Shown here one piece after another: positions 9,609-17,170 of a DNA stretch of 64,000 bases. Source of the DNA: a virus. The notes beneath the pieces are model-generated. The model was given only the letters and a program-made list of their open reading frames with translations, was not told the origin of the DNA and made no database searches. Location: the IMG/VR virus record IMGVR_UViG_3300015371_000008, positions 1 to 64,000 of that record, one strand, 5' to 3'. Both the position numbers and the translations under genes were made by a program. Within the stretch, counting starts at the first letter, position 1. Every line of letters begins with the position of its first letter.

Positions 9609-9959
9609 CTACTTGGGACGCTCCACTACGTGGAGATCCTTTAGTGCGTCCTCGATCGCACGGTTCGTCGTCGCCGTCTCAATGACGGCGACACGCTGCT
9701 CATGCTCTACGAGGCTCAGGCGCCGATCGGCATAGGCGTCGGCCACCTGCTGCAACGCGTGGTCACGGTCGTCGCCGGTCGGCCTGGCGGCCAGCCAGCG
9801 TTCCATCTGCCGGGAGCGCCGCGCGTCCTGGATTACCTGCCTCTTCCGCTTCGCGTGGTCGATCTTCTCGGTCATCCACGGAATAGCCACAACGATCACA
9901 ATTACGGCTATGGCCAGCCACAGGATGGCGAATGCCGGTAGAGCTGCCTTCATCATCAC
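9609..9959 (-). CDS. membrane-anchored DUF1707/SHOCT-like protein
   Basis: TM helix plus DRDHALQQVADAYADRRLSLVEHEQRV. Confidence 0.7.
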   Translation of the reverse strand: MMMKAALPAFAILWLAIAVIVIVVAIPWMTEKIDHAKRKRQVIQDARRSRQMERWLAARPTGDDRDHALQQVADAYADRRLSLVEHEQRVAVIETATTNRAIEDALKDLHVVERPK

Positions 9960-9993
9960 TCATCTCCTTCGGGTGGGTCGCTCTCCACCAACG

Positions 9994-10067
9994 TGCCGCC
10001 GACGGGATTCGAACCCGCAAAACCCCAGATTGAAAGTCTGGTGACTCTACCCTTCGTCCACGGCGAC
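9994..10067 (-). tRNA. tRNA-Glu(TTC)
   Basis: Loop CTTTCAA. Confidence 0.9.
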
Positions 10068-10079
10068 CAGGGACTTACG

Positions 10080-10151
10080 TACTCCGCGCGGGGATCGAAC
10101 CCGCACCTCCTGATTGAGAATCAGGTATCCAGACCACCAGACCAGCGGAGC
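10080..10151 (-). tRNA. tRNA-Glu(CTC)
   Basis: Loop TTCTCAA. Confidence 0.9.
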
Positions 10152-10217
10152 TTGTAGGGCCAGGCAGCGCATACCCAGATCACCCCTCCGATTCCTGGGG
10201 ATGGCGCCTGACCCTTC

Positions 10218-10733
10218 TCACGCAACAGTTGCCGACTCTACTCGGAACCATTCGCGAGCCTGTGCGAAATGCTTGGCCGATACACCATGCTGCCACCCGG
10301 TGTGAATCAGCCGGAAGTCGCCGACGCCCGGATGCCCTTTCAGCCACACCTTGTCACGCCTGGTCAGCTCGTCATCGAACCAGACGAACGGCCGCCCCTG
10401 CACGAACTTCGCCACCCTCGGCGTCTTGCGGTGCACCCGGTAGTCATCCCCCGGCTCCACCGCCTCCCGCATGTCGATGACCGGCAACTGAGGCAGCCCC
10501 AGAAGGGGAGCGATATGCGCGTTTGCGTCGTGGCTCCACATGGTCGCCCACACCAGGTCGGCGCCGACCGTCTCGGCCAGCTCCAGCAGCACCGGTCCAT
10601 GTTCGGGGTTGAGCAGGACGTTGTACGTCTCGCCCTGGCAGGTCAGCCTGTGCGCCTGCCACTGCGGACCGGGACGCCCGAACGGTGCGAGCACACCATC
10701 CACGTCCAACAGGATCAACTTGTCCACGTGCAC
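10218..10733 (-). CDS. HAD phosphatase, Swiss Army Knife RNA-repair-like
   Basis: LLDVDGVL, LVWATMW, FVWFDDE. Confidence 0.85.
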   Translation of the reverse strand: MHVDKLILLDVDGVLAPFGRPGPQWQAHRLTCQGETYNVLLNPEHGPVLLELAETVGADLVWATMWSHDANAHIAPLLGLPQLPVIDMREAVEPGDDYRVHRKTPRVAKFVQGRPFVWFDDELTRRDKVWLKGHPGVGDFRLIHTGWQHGVSAKHFAQAREWFRVESATVA

Positions 10734-10795
10734 ATCCTCTCCTTCGCGCGGGGTCGCTCTTCCCGCACCCGCGAAGACGTAGACCGTCTTCGCCG

Positions 10796-10868
10796 TACCC
10801 CCGCCGGGATTCGAACCCGGATTTCGACGCTTAAAAGGCGCCTACTCTGCCAATTGAGCTACAGGGGC
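10796..10868 (-). tRNA. tRNA-Lys(TTT)
   Basis: Loop CTTTTAA. Confidence 0.93.
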
Positions 10869-10871
10869 ATG

Positions 10872-11015
10872 TCACGCAGGATTGGCGATCACCATCCCGC
10901 AGTCCTCACAGTGCGGCGGCCAGACCAGCCACCCCATCCACTCCTCCGAACGATCCAGTCCCTCCGGAACGATCCTGCCGCCGCACTGCTGACAGTCGGG
11001 ATAGAACCAGGTCAT
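10872..11015 (-). CDS. small zinc-ribbon protein
   Basis: CQQC...HCEDC, GGAGG SD. Confidence 0.55.
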   Translation of the reverse strand: MTWFYPDCQQCGGRIVPEGLDRSEEWMGWLVWPPHCEDCGMVIANPA

Positions 11016-11029
11016 AGACCCTCCGTACG

Positions 11030-11102
11030 TGCGCCGTGAGAGATTCGAACTCCCAACCATCCGGGTAGAAACCGGCCGCGCTATCCATTGCGCCAACGAC
11101 GC
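11030..11102 (-). tRNA. tRNA-Arg(TCT)
   Basis: Loop TTTCTAC. Confidence 0.92.
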
Positions 11103-11130
11103 GAACCTTTCACGATCCGAAACGATCGTT

Positions 11131-11325
11131 TCATTCCATCGCCACGCCCGGTCCTAGAACCGGGCAGAACGACACTGGCACCAGCCGCCCGGTGGCCATG
11201 TCGCTGCACGCGAGGCAGATCTCCGCCGGGATCGTGTGGCGGCTTTCCCCGTCGGGCCGGTAGTCGATCGACTCGTGCCAGCCCGACTCCGGGTCGTCCG
11301 GGTCATAGCCCATATTTCGCCTCAT
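11131..11325 (-). CDS. small hypothetical protein
   Basis: ORF track; CxxC. Confidence 0.55.
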   Translation of the reverse strand: MRRNMGYDPDDPESGWHESIDYRPDGESRHTIPAEICLACSDMATGRLVPVSFCPVLGPGVAME

Positions 11326-11710
11326 CCTTCACGTACACCATGTAGGCGATCACGCCCGCTTCGTAGGCGGCCCGCCGAGCGTCGGCGTCGGTGTCGTACT
11401 TGGTGCCGTCCAACGGGTGCCTGATGATGTCGCAGCCGCCTTCGGGCTTGTACTTGATCTGTCTGATACTCAGCTCGATCTTGCCGTCGTCGGCTGCGAC
11501 CACGGACGGCGAGGACATCACCTTGCACAGTCGCGGGAACGACACTCCCCACTCGGCGTGAGTCACTATCGGCGGCCCGCCGTCGGCGTAGGTCGGGAAG
11601 CGGCCGTAGGGGGCTTCATTGAAGGTCCAGATGCGGTAGCGACCGTCGTGCCAGTCGTATTCCTGGCCCTGCATCGGCGGGTAGTCGGTAACGTTCTGTG
11701 GCGTGTCCAT
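11303..11710 (-). CDS. hypothetical protein
   Basis: MDTPQNV after GGAGG and class I leader. Confidence 0.75.
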   Translation of the reverse strand: MDTPQNVTDYPPMQGQEYDWHDGRYRIWTFNEAPYGRFPTYADGGPPIVTHAEWGVSFPRLCKVMSSPSVVAADDGKIELSIRQIKYKPEGGCDIIRHPLDGTKYDTDADARRAAYEAGVIAYMVYVKDEAKYGL

Positions 11711-11749
11711 GGGGTCCTCCGTGGGGGTTGGTCGCTCTCCAACACCCCA

Positions 11750-11779
11750 AAGATACATCCATTTAGCGTCTTAGGTCAA
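11750..11779 (-). promoter_or_regulatory. class I promoter with CGCTAAATG box
   Basis: TTGACC-18-TATCTT. Confidence 0.8.
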
Positions 11780-11782
11780 GGG

Positions 11783-11873
11783 CGGAAAATGGAGGACTCG
11801 AACCCCAGGGCCGTTCACACCAGCCCTCATCCGGTTTAAATCGGCGGCCACCTCCTTGGTGGCGTCATTTTCC
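11783..11873 (-). tRNA. 8/4-fold Ser-type tRNA with aberrant anticodon loop
   Basis: 8-bp acceptor, 6-bp D stem, long V arm, 4-bp T stem, G73; loop ATTTAAAC. Confidence 0.7.
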
Positions 11874-11899
11874 CCCACCGTGTTGAGGGGTGGGTCCAG

Positions 11900-11983
11900 C
11901 GGAAGGCGGAAGACTCGAACTTCGGCCGCCGCCGACGGCCACGCGGATTCCAGCCGCGTCCCGGCACCTGCCGGTCACCTTCC
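11900..11983 (-). tRNA. tRNA-Ser(GGA), 8/4 fold
   Basis: Loop CTGGAAT; GGAAGGTG/CGCCTTCC acceptor, GAAG/CTTC T stem. Confidence 0.85.
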
Positions 11984-11984
11984 A

Positions 11985-12060
11985 TGGTCCTCGGAGCAGG
12001 AGTCGAACCTGCCGTCGCCCGGTTATCAGCCGGGTGCCTTCACCGCTTGGCCACCCGAGG
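11985..12060 (-). tRNA. tRNA-Ile(GAT)
   Basis: Loop CTGATAA, encoded CCA. Confidence 0.92.
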
Positions 12061-12064
12061 AAAG

Positions 12065-12149
12065 CGGAGAGGGAGGGTATCGAACCCCCGCCGGTGTGAC
12101 CCGGGCAGCGGCGTAGCAAGCCGTCCCATTACCTCTCTGGCACCTCTCC
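12065..12149 (-). tRNA. tRNA-Ser(GCT)
   Basis: Loop TTGCTAC, long V arm, G73. Confidence 0.88.
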
Positions 12150-12250
12150 ACGATACTTCCATCTAGCGCCTGCCGGTGCTACCTTGGAGTGGTACGCCCC
12201 TGGTCCGGCTCTGCACCGCATCCCGCCAGGGGCACGGCCATTTCTGGGAC

Positions 12251-12325
12251 TGGTGCCGACCCCGGGATTCGAACCCGCCCTACCGCCTTGGCAAGGCGAT
12301 GTGCGACCGCTGACACTTCACCCAC
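12251..12325 (-). pseudogene. chimeric tRNA-Gly(GCC) with non-pairing acceptor stem
   Basis: Loop TTGCCAA; 5' GTGGGTG cannot pair with 3' GGTCGGC-A-CCA. Confidence 0.7.
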
Positions 12326-12328
12326 AAG

Positions 12329-12396
12329 TTCCGTGACCGGTGGACCGACGACTCGGGTGTGGACGGGGCCGGGGCGACCATCCTCCGGTCACGGAA
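12329..12396 (-). ncRNA. putative stem-closed spacer RNA
   Basis: 12-bp inverted repeat TTCCGTGACCGG filling the gap between tRNAs. Confidence 0.4.
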
Positions 12397-12398
12397 AG

Positions 12399-12468
12399 AG
12401 CCCAACCCCGGAGTCGAACCGGGCAGGCCGTTCGTACCAAGAACGGGTGCACACCAGGTGCGAAGGGC
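12399..12468 (-). tRNA. tRNA-Thr(GGT)
   Basis: Loop TTGGTAC; U:U pairs in acceptor. Confidence 0.75.
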
Positions 12469-12517
12469 AAACGGGTAGGGGTGTCCGGGCCGTGAACGCC
12501 CGGCCCGGACACCACCG

Positions 12518-12590
12518 CTCTGGGATCAGGAATCGAACCTGAGCAAACCGGAACCAAAATCCGGCCGCCGAGCCAGCACGGCATCCCAGA
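12518..12590 (-). tRNA. tRNA-Gln(TTG)
   Basis: Loop TTTTGGT, U1-A72, G73. Confidence 0.88.
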
Positions 12591-12595
12591 ATGCG

Positions 12596-12666
12596 AGCCC
12601 AAGGGCGGAATCGAACCGCCTCGAACGCCTTACGGGGGCGCTGCTCTGCCAGTGAGCTACAAGGGC
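12596..12666 (-). tRNA. tRNA-Thr(CGT)
   Basis: Loop CCCGTAA (C33). Confidence 0.82.
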
Positions 12667-12681
12667 GTGACCCCGAAGGGC

Positions 12682-13359
12682 CTACATGTCCGGCCGGGGC
12701 TGAAACTCCGGCCTGGAGCTGATCTCCTCAACCCAGTCCGACAGGGAGATCTCTTCGCCGGAGCCACTATAGAAGGCGAGATCGTCCACCTTCGCATGCA
12801 GTTCCACGTCATGCGGCATTGGCAGGATGCCTTCTGCTTCGGCGGTGTCGCGGTGCTTAACGACCGCGAAGGCGAGGCGGAACAGGGTGTCCTGGTTCCG
12901 TTTGCGCTTGTCCGGATTAGGTTCTGCCGGATGCCTGCCGTTCAGCTTGTTCGGCCCGGAGGCTGCGCGGATCCGTTTGATGTCGGAATGCCGCAAGCTG
13001 ATGATCTGCTTGTCTTTGAGGATTTTCGTACGCCACAGGTCATATTCGCCCTTGGCGGCGAAATACTTGCGTTTCCCCTCTTCGCCCAGATTCCAGCACT
13101 GCTGATGGTAGGAGTCCATCTCTGCTCTCCGCGTCGCGATCTGGTCGTCCAGGGCACGCAGCAGACGAACCAGAGCCTGCTCGGTCCGTTCGATCAGCGA
13201 CGGCCCGGAGAGCATCCCCCAAAGCTGTTGACGCTTTTCGGTCACCGAGACGTCGTCGTGGCGACGAGGGTCGGGATAGCCGATGTTTTGACGGATCAGC
13301 AGGTCGAAGCCTTCAGGCTCCAGCTCTTGAATGGCGGCAAGGCTCACGGGGATGGCCAT
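12682..13359 (-). CDS. hypothetical protein
   Basis: MAIPVSL after AAGGA; helical. Confidence 0.7.
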   Translation of the reverse strand: MAIPVSLAAIQELEPEGFDLLIRQNIGYPDPRRHDDVSVTEKRQQLWGMLSGPSLIERTEQALVRLLRALDDQIATRRAEMDSYHQQCWNLGEEGKRKYFAAKGEYDLWRTKILKDKQIISLRHSDIKRIRAASGPNKLNGRHPAEPNPDKRKRNQDTLFRLAFAVVKHRDTAEAEGILPMPHDVELHAKVDDLAFYSGSGEEISLSDWVEEISSRPEFQPRPDM

Positions 13360-13434
13360 GGGTGGCGTGTTCCTTCTTCCGGGGGTTGCCGTCCCGGCGC
13401 CGGACAAGACACCGGGACGATCCTGTGTGGTGCG

Positions 13435-13507
13435 TGCGCCCGCCGGGACTCGAACCCGGATCATCCGCATCCTTAGTGCGACGCCTCTGCCATTGGGCCA
13501 CAAGCGC
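13435..13507 (-). tRNA. tRNA-Leu(AAG), short variable arm
   Basis: Loop CTAAGGA, A73. Confidence 0.85.
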
Positions 13508-13543
13508 TTCAGGACGGTTCTACAGGCCGCCACCGACAAAACG

Positions 13544-13612
13544 AGCCGCCCCCCGGAATCGAACCGGGCCTACCCCCTTACAAGGGGGGCGTCGCATCCA
13601 TGGCGCGGCGGC
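13544..13612 (-). tRNA. tRNA-Thr(TGT)
   Basis: Loop CTTGTAA; weak D arm. Confidence 0.75.
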
Positions 13613-13620
13613 AGACGGAA

Positions 13621-13712
13621 GAGGGTGGCGACGGAAAGGATTCTGCAGCCAAACCGCCCAACCAGCCCGGCGGTCTCCTTCCCGTTCTTCTGTGGCTGTC
13701 CACGCCACCCCC
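13621..13712 (-). ncRNA. pseudoknotted structured RNA, copy 2
   Basis: Covarying stems with 13841-13932; conserved GTGGACAGCCNCAGAAG and GCCGGGCTGGTTGGGCG. Confidence 0.7.
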
Positions 13713-13715
13713 GTG

Positions 13716-13835
13716 TGGACCCGGCGGGATTCGAACCCGCATCTCCGGCTCTCCCTATGACGCACACCGCCCCCGGACGGAGGTGGCCACCTCGTATCCG
13801 GATCGCGCGGTCACGCCCGATTGAGTTACGGGCCC
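13716..13835 (-). ncRNA. tRNA-like RNA with G3:U70 acceptor and no canonical anticodon arm
   Basis: GGGCCCG/CGGGTCC-A, perfect T arm, long internal hairpin. Confidence 0.6.
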
Positions 13836-13840
13836 TGGCA

Positions 13841-13932
13841 GATGATGGCGACGAGGGGGACAAAGCCTCCAAAGCGCCCAACCAGCCCGGCGCGCTCCCT
13901 CTCGTCCTTCTGCGGCTGTCCACGCCACCACC
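13841..13932 (-). ncRNA. pseudoknotted structured RNA, copy 1
   Basis: See copy 2; G:U pairs support the minus strand. Confidence 0.7.
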
Positions 13933-13936
13933 TGAG

Positions 13937-14019
13937 CTGTCGGGCGGAGAATCGAACTCCGGCCGCCCCTCGCGCGAGGAGAACGACCCTGCCACACGTC
14001 TCAACGACGCGACCCGACA
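13937..14019 (-). ncRNA. tRNA-like RNA (acceptor and T arm, aberrant core)
   Basis: TGTCGGG/CCCGACA; CGGAG-TTCGATT-CTCCG. Confidence 0.55.
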
Positions 14020-14098
14020 CCGTGACGGTTCCTCCGGATCACCTCGGGAGCAGCCGACAAGCCCGAGAGGGCGGGAGCGACCCTATTCGGTACCCTTC

Positions 14099-14194
14099 CG
14101 TCGCGAGCCGGTGCGGACTCGAACCGCCGTTGACCGTCACCGGCCGTCCCCACTCGCGACGCGGGGACGGTCGGCCGCCGGAGTCGAACCGGCA
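14099..14194 (-). ncRNA. double T-loop pseudoknot RNA
   Basis: Two GTTCGA T-loop hairpins; 9-bp loop pairing CGTCGCGAG/CTCGCGACG. Confidence 0.55.
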
Positions 14195-14203
14195 TACCCA
14201 ATG

Positions 14204-14273
14204 CTCCCGGACCAGGAATCGAACCTAGAGACACAGGGGCCAGAACCCTGCTGACGGCCACCGCCATCCGGGA
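14204..14273 (-). tRNA. tRNA-Gln(CTG)
   Basis: Loop TTCTGGC; short D arm. Confidence 0.8.
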
Positions 14274-14335
14274 AGGAGCAGACCCGGTTGCAGCCGGGCC
14301 CGCCAATTATCCGCCTGCTCTACGGACGGGCAAAT

Positions 14336-14764
14336 CTACCAGGAGTCCCACACGCCGAAGTGGCGGTGGCGCGGGTCCGGGTATTCGACGTCCCAGGCGG
14401 CCTGTACGGCATCCTGGGCGCCTCGCAGCATCTTGCCGGCCTCCCGGCCAACGGCCCGATCGGCAGCGCGCAGGGCGCGTTCCTGACGGTTGGAGATGCC
14501 GCCGATCACGTGCCCCAGGTTGAAGGTACGCGGGTAGGTGCCCGCCTCCAGGCGGCGGGTCACCCGGTCCGGGCGCGGACGGTGCCCGGCGCGCTCAGCC
14601 TGGGCCAGCGCGGCGGCGCTGTAGCGCAGCGCGGACCGGATCTCGTTGGCGGTGCTCGGGTAGGTGGCACGCCACCAGGCGAAGATGTAGAGGCGACCGT
14701 CGGCGTCGTAACGCCGGGTGCCAGTGCGGTGGTTGTAGGGGACGTGGTGAACAGTACGGGACAT
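14336..14764 (-). CDS. basic hypothetical protein
   Basis: MSRTVHHVP, GGAG SD. Confidence 0.7.
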   Translation of the reverse strand: MSRTVHHVPYNHRTGTRRYDADGRLYIFAWWRATYPSTANEIRSALRYSAAALAQAERAGHRPRPDRVTRRLEAGTYPRTFNLGHVIGGISNRQERALRAADRAVGREAGKMLRGAQDAVQAAWDVEYPDPRHRHFGVWDSW

Positions 14765-14849
14765 TCGGACTCCGACGTGCGGGCCCGCCCCGGATGGGCA
14801 AGCCGTCTACGTCTCACCCGCCGTGAACATCACATTCGCCTCCTTCGCG

Positions 14850-14922
14850 TAGGGGTGGCCGGATTTGAACCGGCATCATCCGCATTTTGAATGCGGCGCC
14901 TCTGCCGTTGGACTACACCCCC
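14850..14922 (-). tRNA. tRNA-Leu(CAA), short variable arm
   Basis: Loop TTCAAAA, A73. Confidence 0.87.
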
Positions 14923-14923
14923 G

Positions 14924-14995
14924 TGCGCCGTCAGGGACTCGAACCCTGCTCTCTCGATTAAGAGTCGAGTGCATAACCATCCATGCTCACGGCGC
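14924..14995 (-). tRNA. tRNA-Lys(CTT)
   Basis: Loop CTCTTAA. Confidence 0.9.
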
Positions 14996-15103
14996 TTTCC
15001 GTCCGGCCGGTTAGCGTCGGCCTGCCGGACGATCCCTGACCCGCCCGGGGGACGCCAATCCCGCCGGTGCAGTATCAGGGCACCCCACCCAAGTGGGGTG
15101 TAG

Positions 15104-15174
15104 AGCCGTACCGGAGAGTCGAACTCCGCTCCCCGCGTTGGAAGCGCGGGACATCGCCACAATGCTTGTACGGC
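15104..15174 (-). tRNA. tRNA-Gly(TCC)
   Basis: Loop CTTCCAA, U73. Confidence 0.9.
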
Positions 15175-15175
15175 A

Positions 15176-15243
15176 TGGGGACCAGGCGGGGAATCGAACC
15201 CCGCTTTCCTAGGATTTCCGTGCCCTTTCCGGGGGCCTGGTCC
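15176..15243 (-). ncRNA. tRNA-like RNA lacking an anticodon arm
   Basis: GGACCAG/CTGGTCC followed by CCA; intact T arm. Confidence 0.55.
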
Positions 15244-15409
15244 ACGGCGGGAAACGGCCCGGGTGCCCACGAGTGATCAGCTCGCAAACACTGACGGTAT
15301 CCGTAGGGGTTTCCCCCTTTCCGATCCGGTTCATCCCGCGTGCTCGACGACGCTCCGGATCCCCCTTCGCTGGCAACCCAGCTACTAAGTTCACCTGCAC
15401 CGTCGTGCG

Positions 15410-15481
15410 TGGCTCCCCAGAGAGTCGAACTCTGTCCTCTGGATCTTCAGTCCGGCGCTCATCCCCATGAGCTTGAGAGCC
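15410..15481 (-). tRNA. tRNA-Phe(GAA)
   Basis: Loop CTGAAGA. Confidence 0.88.
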
Positions 15482-15695
15482 TTTCGATCTCACCCGGCCG
15501 CAGAAGCTAGTGGTCGGGTGTCTTGTTCTCGTCGTCTATGACGCGTGTGGCCGCTGCCGCTGTGGCATCCTTCTTGGCCGCTATCCGCTTATTGATCTCT
15601 CTTATGTCTGCCTCGATCTCACGCAGTTCGCGTGCCTTTCGTCCGAACATGTCGCCTCCTGGCTAGGGGGGTGTCAACCTGGCGGGGAATTTTCG

Positions 15696-15914
15696 TTACG
15701 GTGCCTGGTCGAAGTATCGGCGGCCACGTTCGAACGCCGTCGTCCGATGTACGCCGTGCACGCCCTCCGTTGCCGCCAGGACGCGTCCCAGCGCCGTCTT
15801 GTAGGCGCTACGGGCGGTCGCCGCTCCAGGGAGTGGCCCGTCCGCGTTGTTGACTCTGGCGTCTTCACGGGCGATGTCAGCCAGCAGGTCTTCAACAAGC
15901 TTCTGTATGTCCAT
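15696..15914 (-). CDS. hypothetical protein
   Basis: AGGAG SD plus GAGCGAC hairpin. Confidence 0.7.
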   Translation of the reverse strand: MDIQKLVEDLLADIAREDARVNNADGPLPGAATARSAYKTALGRVLAATEGVHGVHRTTAFERGRRYFDQAP

Positions 15915-16044
15915 GGTTCTCCTGTCGGGTCGCTCTCCCGTTGGGTGGTGGGCTGCTGTACAGCGCCGCCCACCAGGCGCTCCCCCGCACGGCCGTGCGG
16001 GGGCCGGTCACCCATACTCGATGACTTTCAGGTGATTCCGGACG

Positions 16045-16116
16045 TACCCGCGACAGGATTCGAACCTGCATCCTCGACGTTCGTAGCGTCGCGCTCATCC
16101 ATTGAGCTACACGGGC
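16045..16116 (-). tRNA. tRNA-Arg(ACG)
   Basis: Loop CTACGAA. Confidence 0.93.
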
Positions 16117-16235
16117 ATGATGCACGACAGGGCCAGGGACTTCCGTCGCAATGCGTGTTACCGCTCTTCCAGCCCTGCCGTGCACGATCTCCTGGCCGAC
16201 CACGCGGGCGTCTCACCCCGCGACCGGACCCCCAC

Positions 16236-16463
16236 CTAACCGGCCAGGTCGTTCTCACCGCCCAGTGCGGCGCATTCCGTGCACGGGCGCGTCCTCAGCG
16301 GACCAGGCCGCCAGAACAGGATCAGCGCCCCGAACGGCGGAATGATCGCCGCTATGGACGGGTTGCAGAACTCGTCCTCACCCTTGAAAATCGTTGGCTT
16401 CCACCAGCAGGTGAGCGTGGTGGGCGACCACCACATCAGGCGGCCGATGTTGAACTGCTTCAC
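16236..16463 (-). CDS. hypothetical protein
   Basis: ORF track. Confidence 0.55.
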   Translation of the reverse strand: MKQFNIGRLMWWSPTTLTCWWKPTIFKGEDEFCNPSIAAIIPPFGALILFWRPGPLRTRPCTECAALGGENDLAG

Positions 16464-16490
16464 ACTCGCCTTTCGGATCAGCCGGGAAGG

Positions 16491-16664
16491 TCACTTCTTG
16501 TTGTTGATCTTTGCGCTACGGGCGACCGTCCTGGCCCGCTCGTAATGCGCATCCGACTCCGCCTTGTCGCCGTCCAGCTCCGCGATGAAACCCTTCGCGG
16601 CATGCTTGGCGACCTGGTCAAGCTGCTTGTCGGTCAACTTCCCATACTCCGCATTGCCCGCCAT
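16491..16664 (-). CDS. small hypothetical protein
   Basis: MAGNAEY after AGGAGG and GAGCGAC hairpin. Confidence 0.7.
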   Translation of the reverse strand: MAGNAEYGKLTDKQLDQVAKHAAKGFIAELDGDKAESDAHYERARTVARSAKINNKK

Positions 16665-16832
16665 GGGCGCCTCCTGTGAGACTCCCGAGTCGCTCAACCG
16701 GGAGAAGGTGCGGGTGCCGCTTCACTACGGCCTAGGCCACGACCGACCGGCTTTCTCCGCAACGCGTACGCTTCGCCGACCAGCCTCCCAAGGGCCAGAG
16801 CCCGGGGTAAGGGTTCCCGGGCGCTCCCGCCG

Positions 16833-16987
16833 TCCCTGGTGCTGGATTCGAACCAGCAACTTCCGCCCCCGTATTCGGGATTACCCGGCCAGGTCCCCGC
16901 CCTGCCCGACTAGTACGGGCTGAACGGTTTACCCCTGACAAACGGGCCCCGGCGGGACGATGCCTCTACCAATTGGGCTACCCAGGG
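16833..16987 (-). ncRNA. tRNA scaffold with an ~80-nt structured domain replacing the anticodon loop
   Basis: Canonical Leu-like D arm, T arm and A73 flanking a multi-hairpin insert. Confidence 0.7.
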
Positions 16988-17020
16988 CTGGAGTGAGGCG
17001 TGATGTGCCTCACTCTCGCG

Positions 17021-17096
17021 TACCCGCAGCAGGATTCGAACCTGCACCATGCCCCACTCCGGAGGTGGGTGCCCTGTCCAGTTGGGCGATACGGGC
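17021..17096 (-). tRNA. tRNA-Arg(CCG)
   Basis: Loop CTCCGGA. Confidence 0.87.
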
Positions 17097-17100
17097 GTGC

Positions 17101-17170
17101 GTCAGATCGTGGACGCCTGTCGAGGGTCGAACCGGCTCACGATCTGACTTGCGACGTCACGTGTCGTCGC
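17101..17170 (-). ncRNA. T-loop RNA, short copy
   Basis: Homologous to 17645-17770 with compensatory stem changes. Confidence 0.55.

Noticed and set aside
11783-11873. selC (tRNA-Sec)
   Set aside because: No TCA anticodon, 4-bp T stem, no sel genes seen; fits 8/4 Ser type better
13716-13835. tmRNA
   Set aside because: Has G3:U70 but is only ~120 nt with no tag ORF or pseudoknot series
13621-13932. Theta/HDV-like or twister ribozyme
   Set aside because: Position after tRNA-like 3' ends is suggestive, but the conserved cores could not be matched by eye
15490-15650. Small ORF MFGRKARELRE with apparent frameshift at AATAAAGCGG
   Set aside because: A single extra A could be decay or sequencing error; no support for programmed frameshifting
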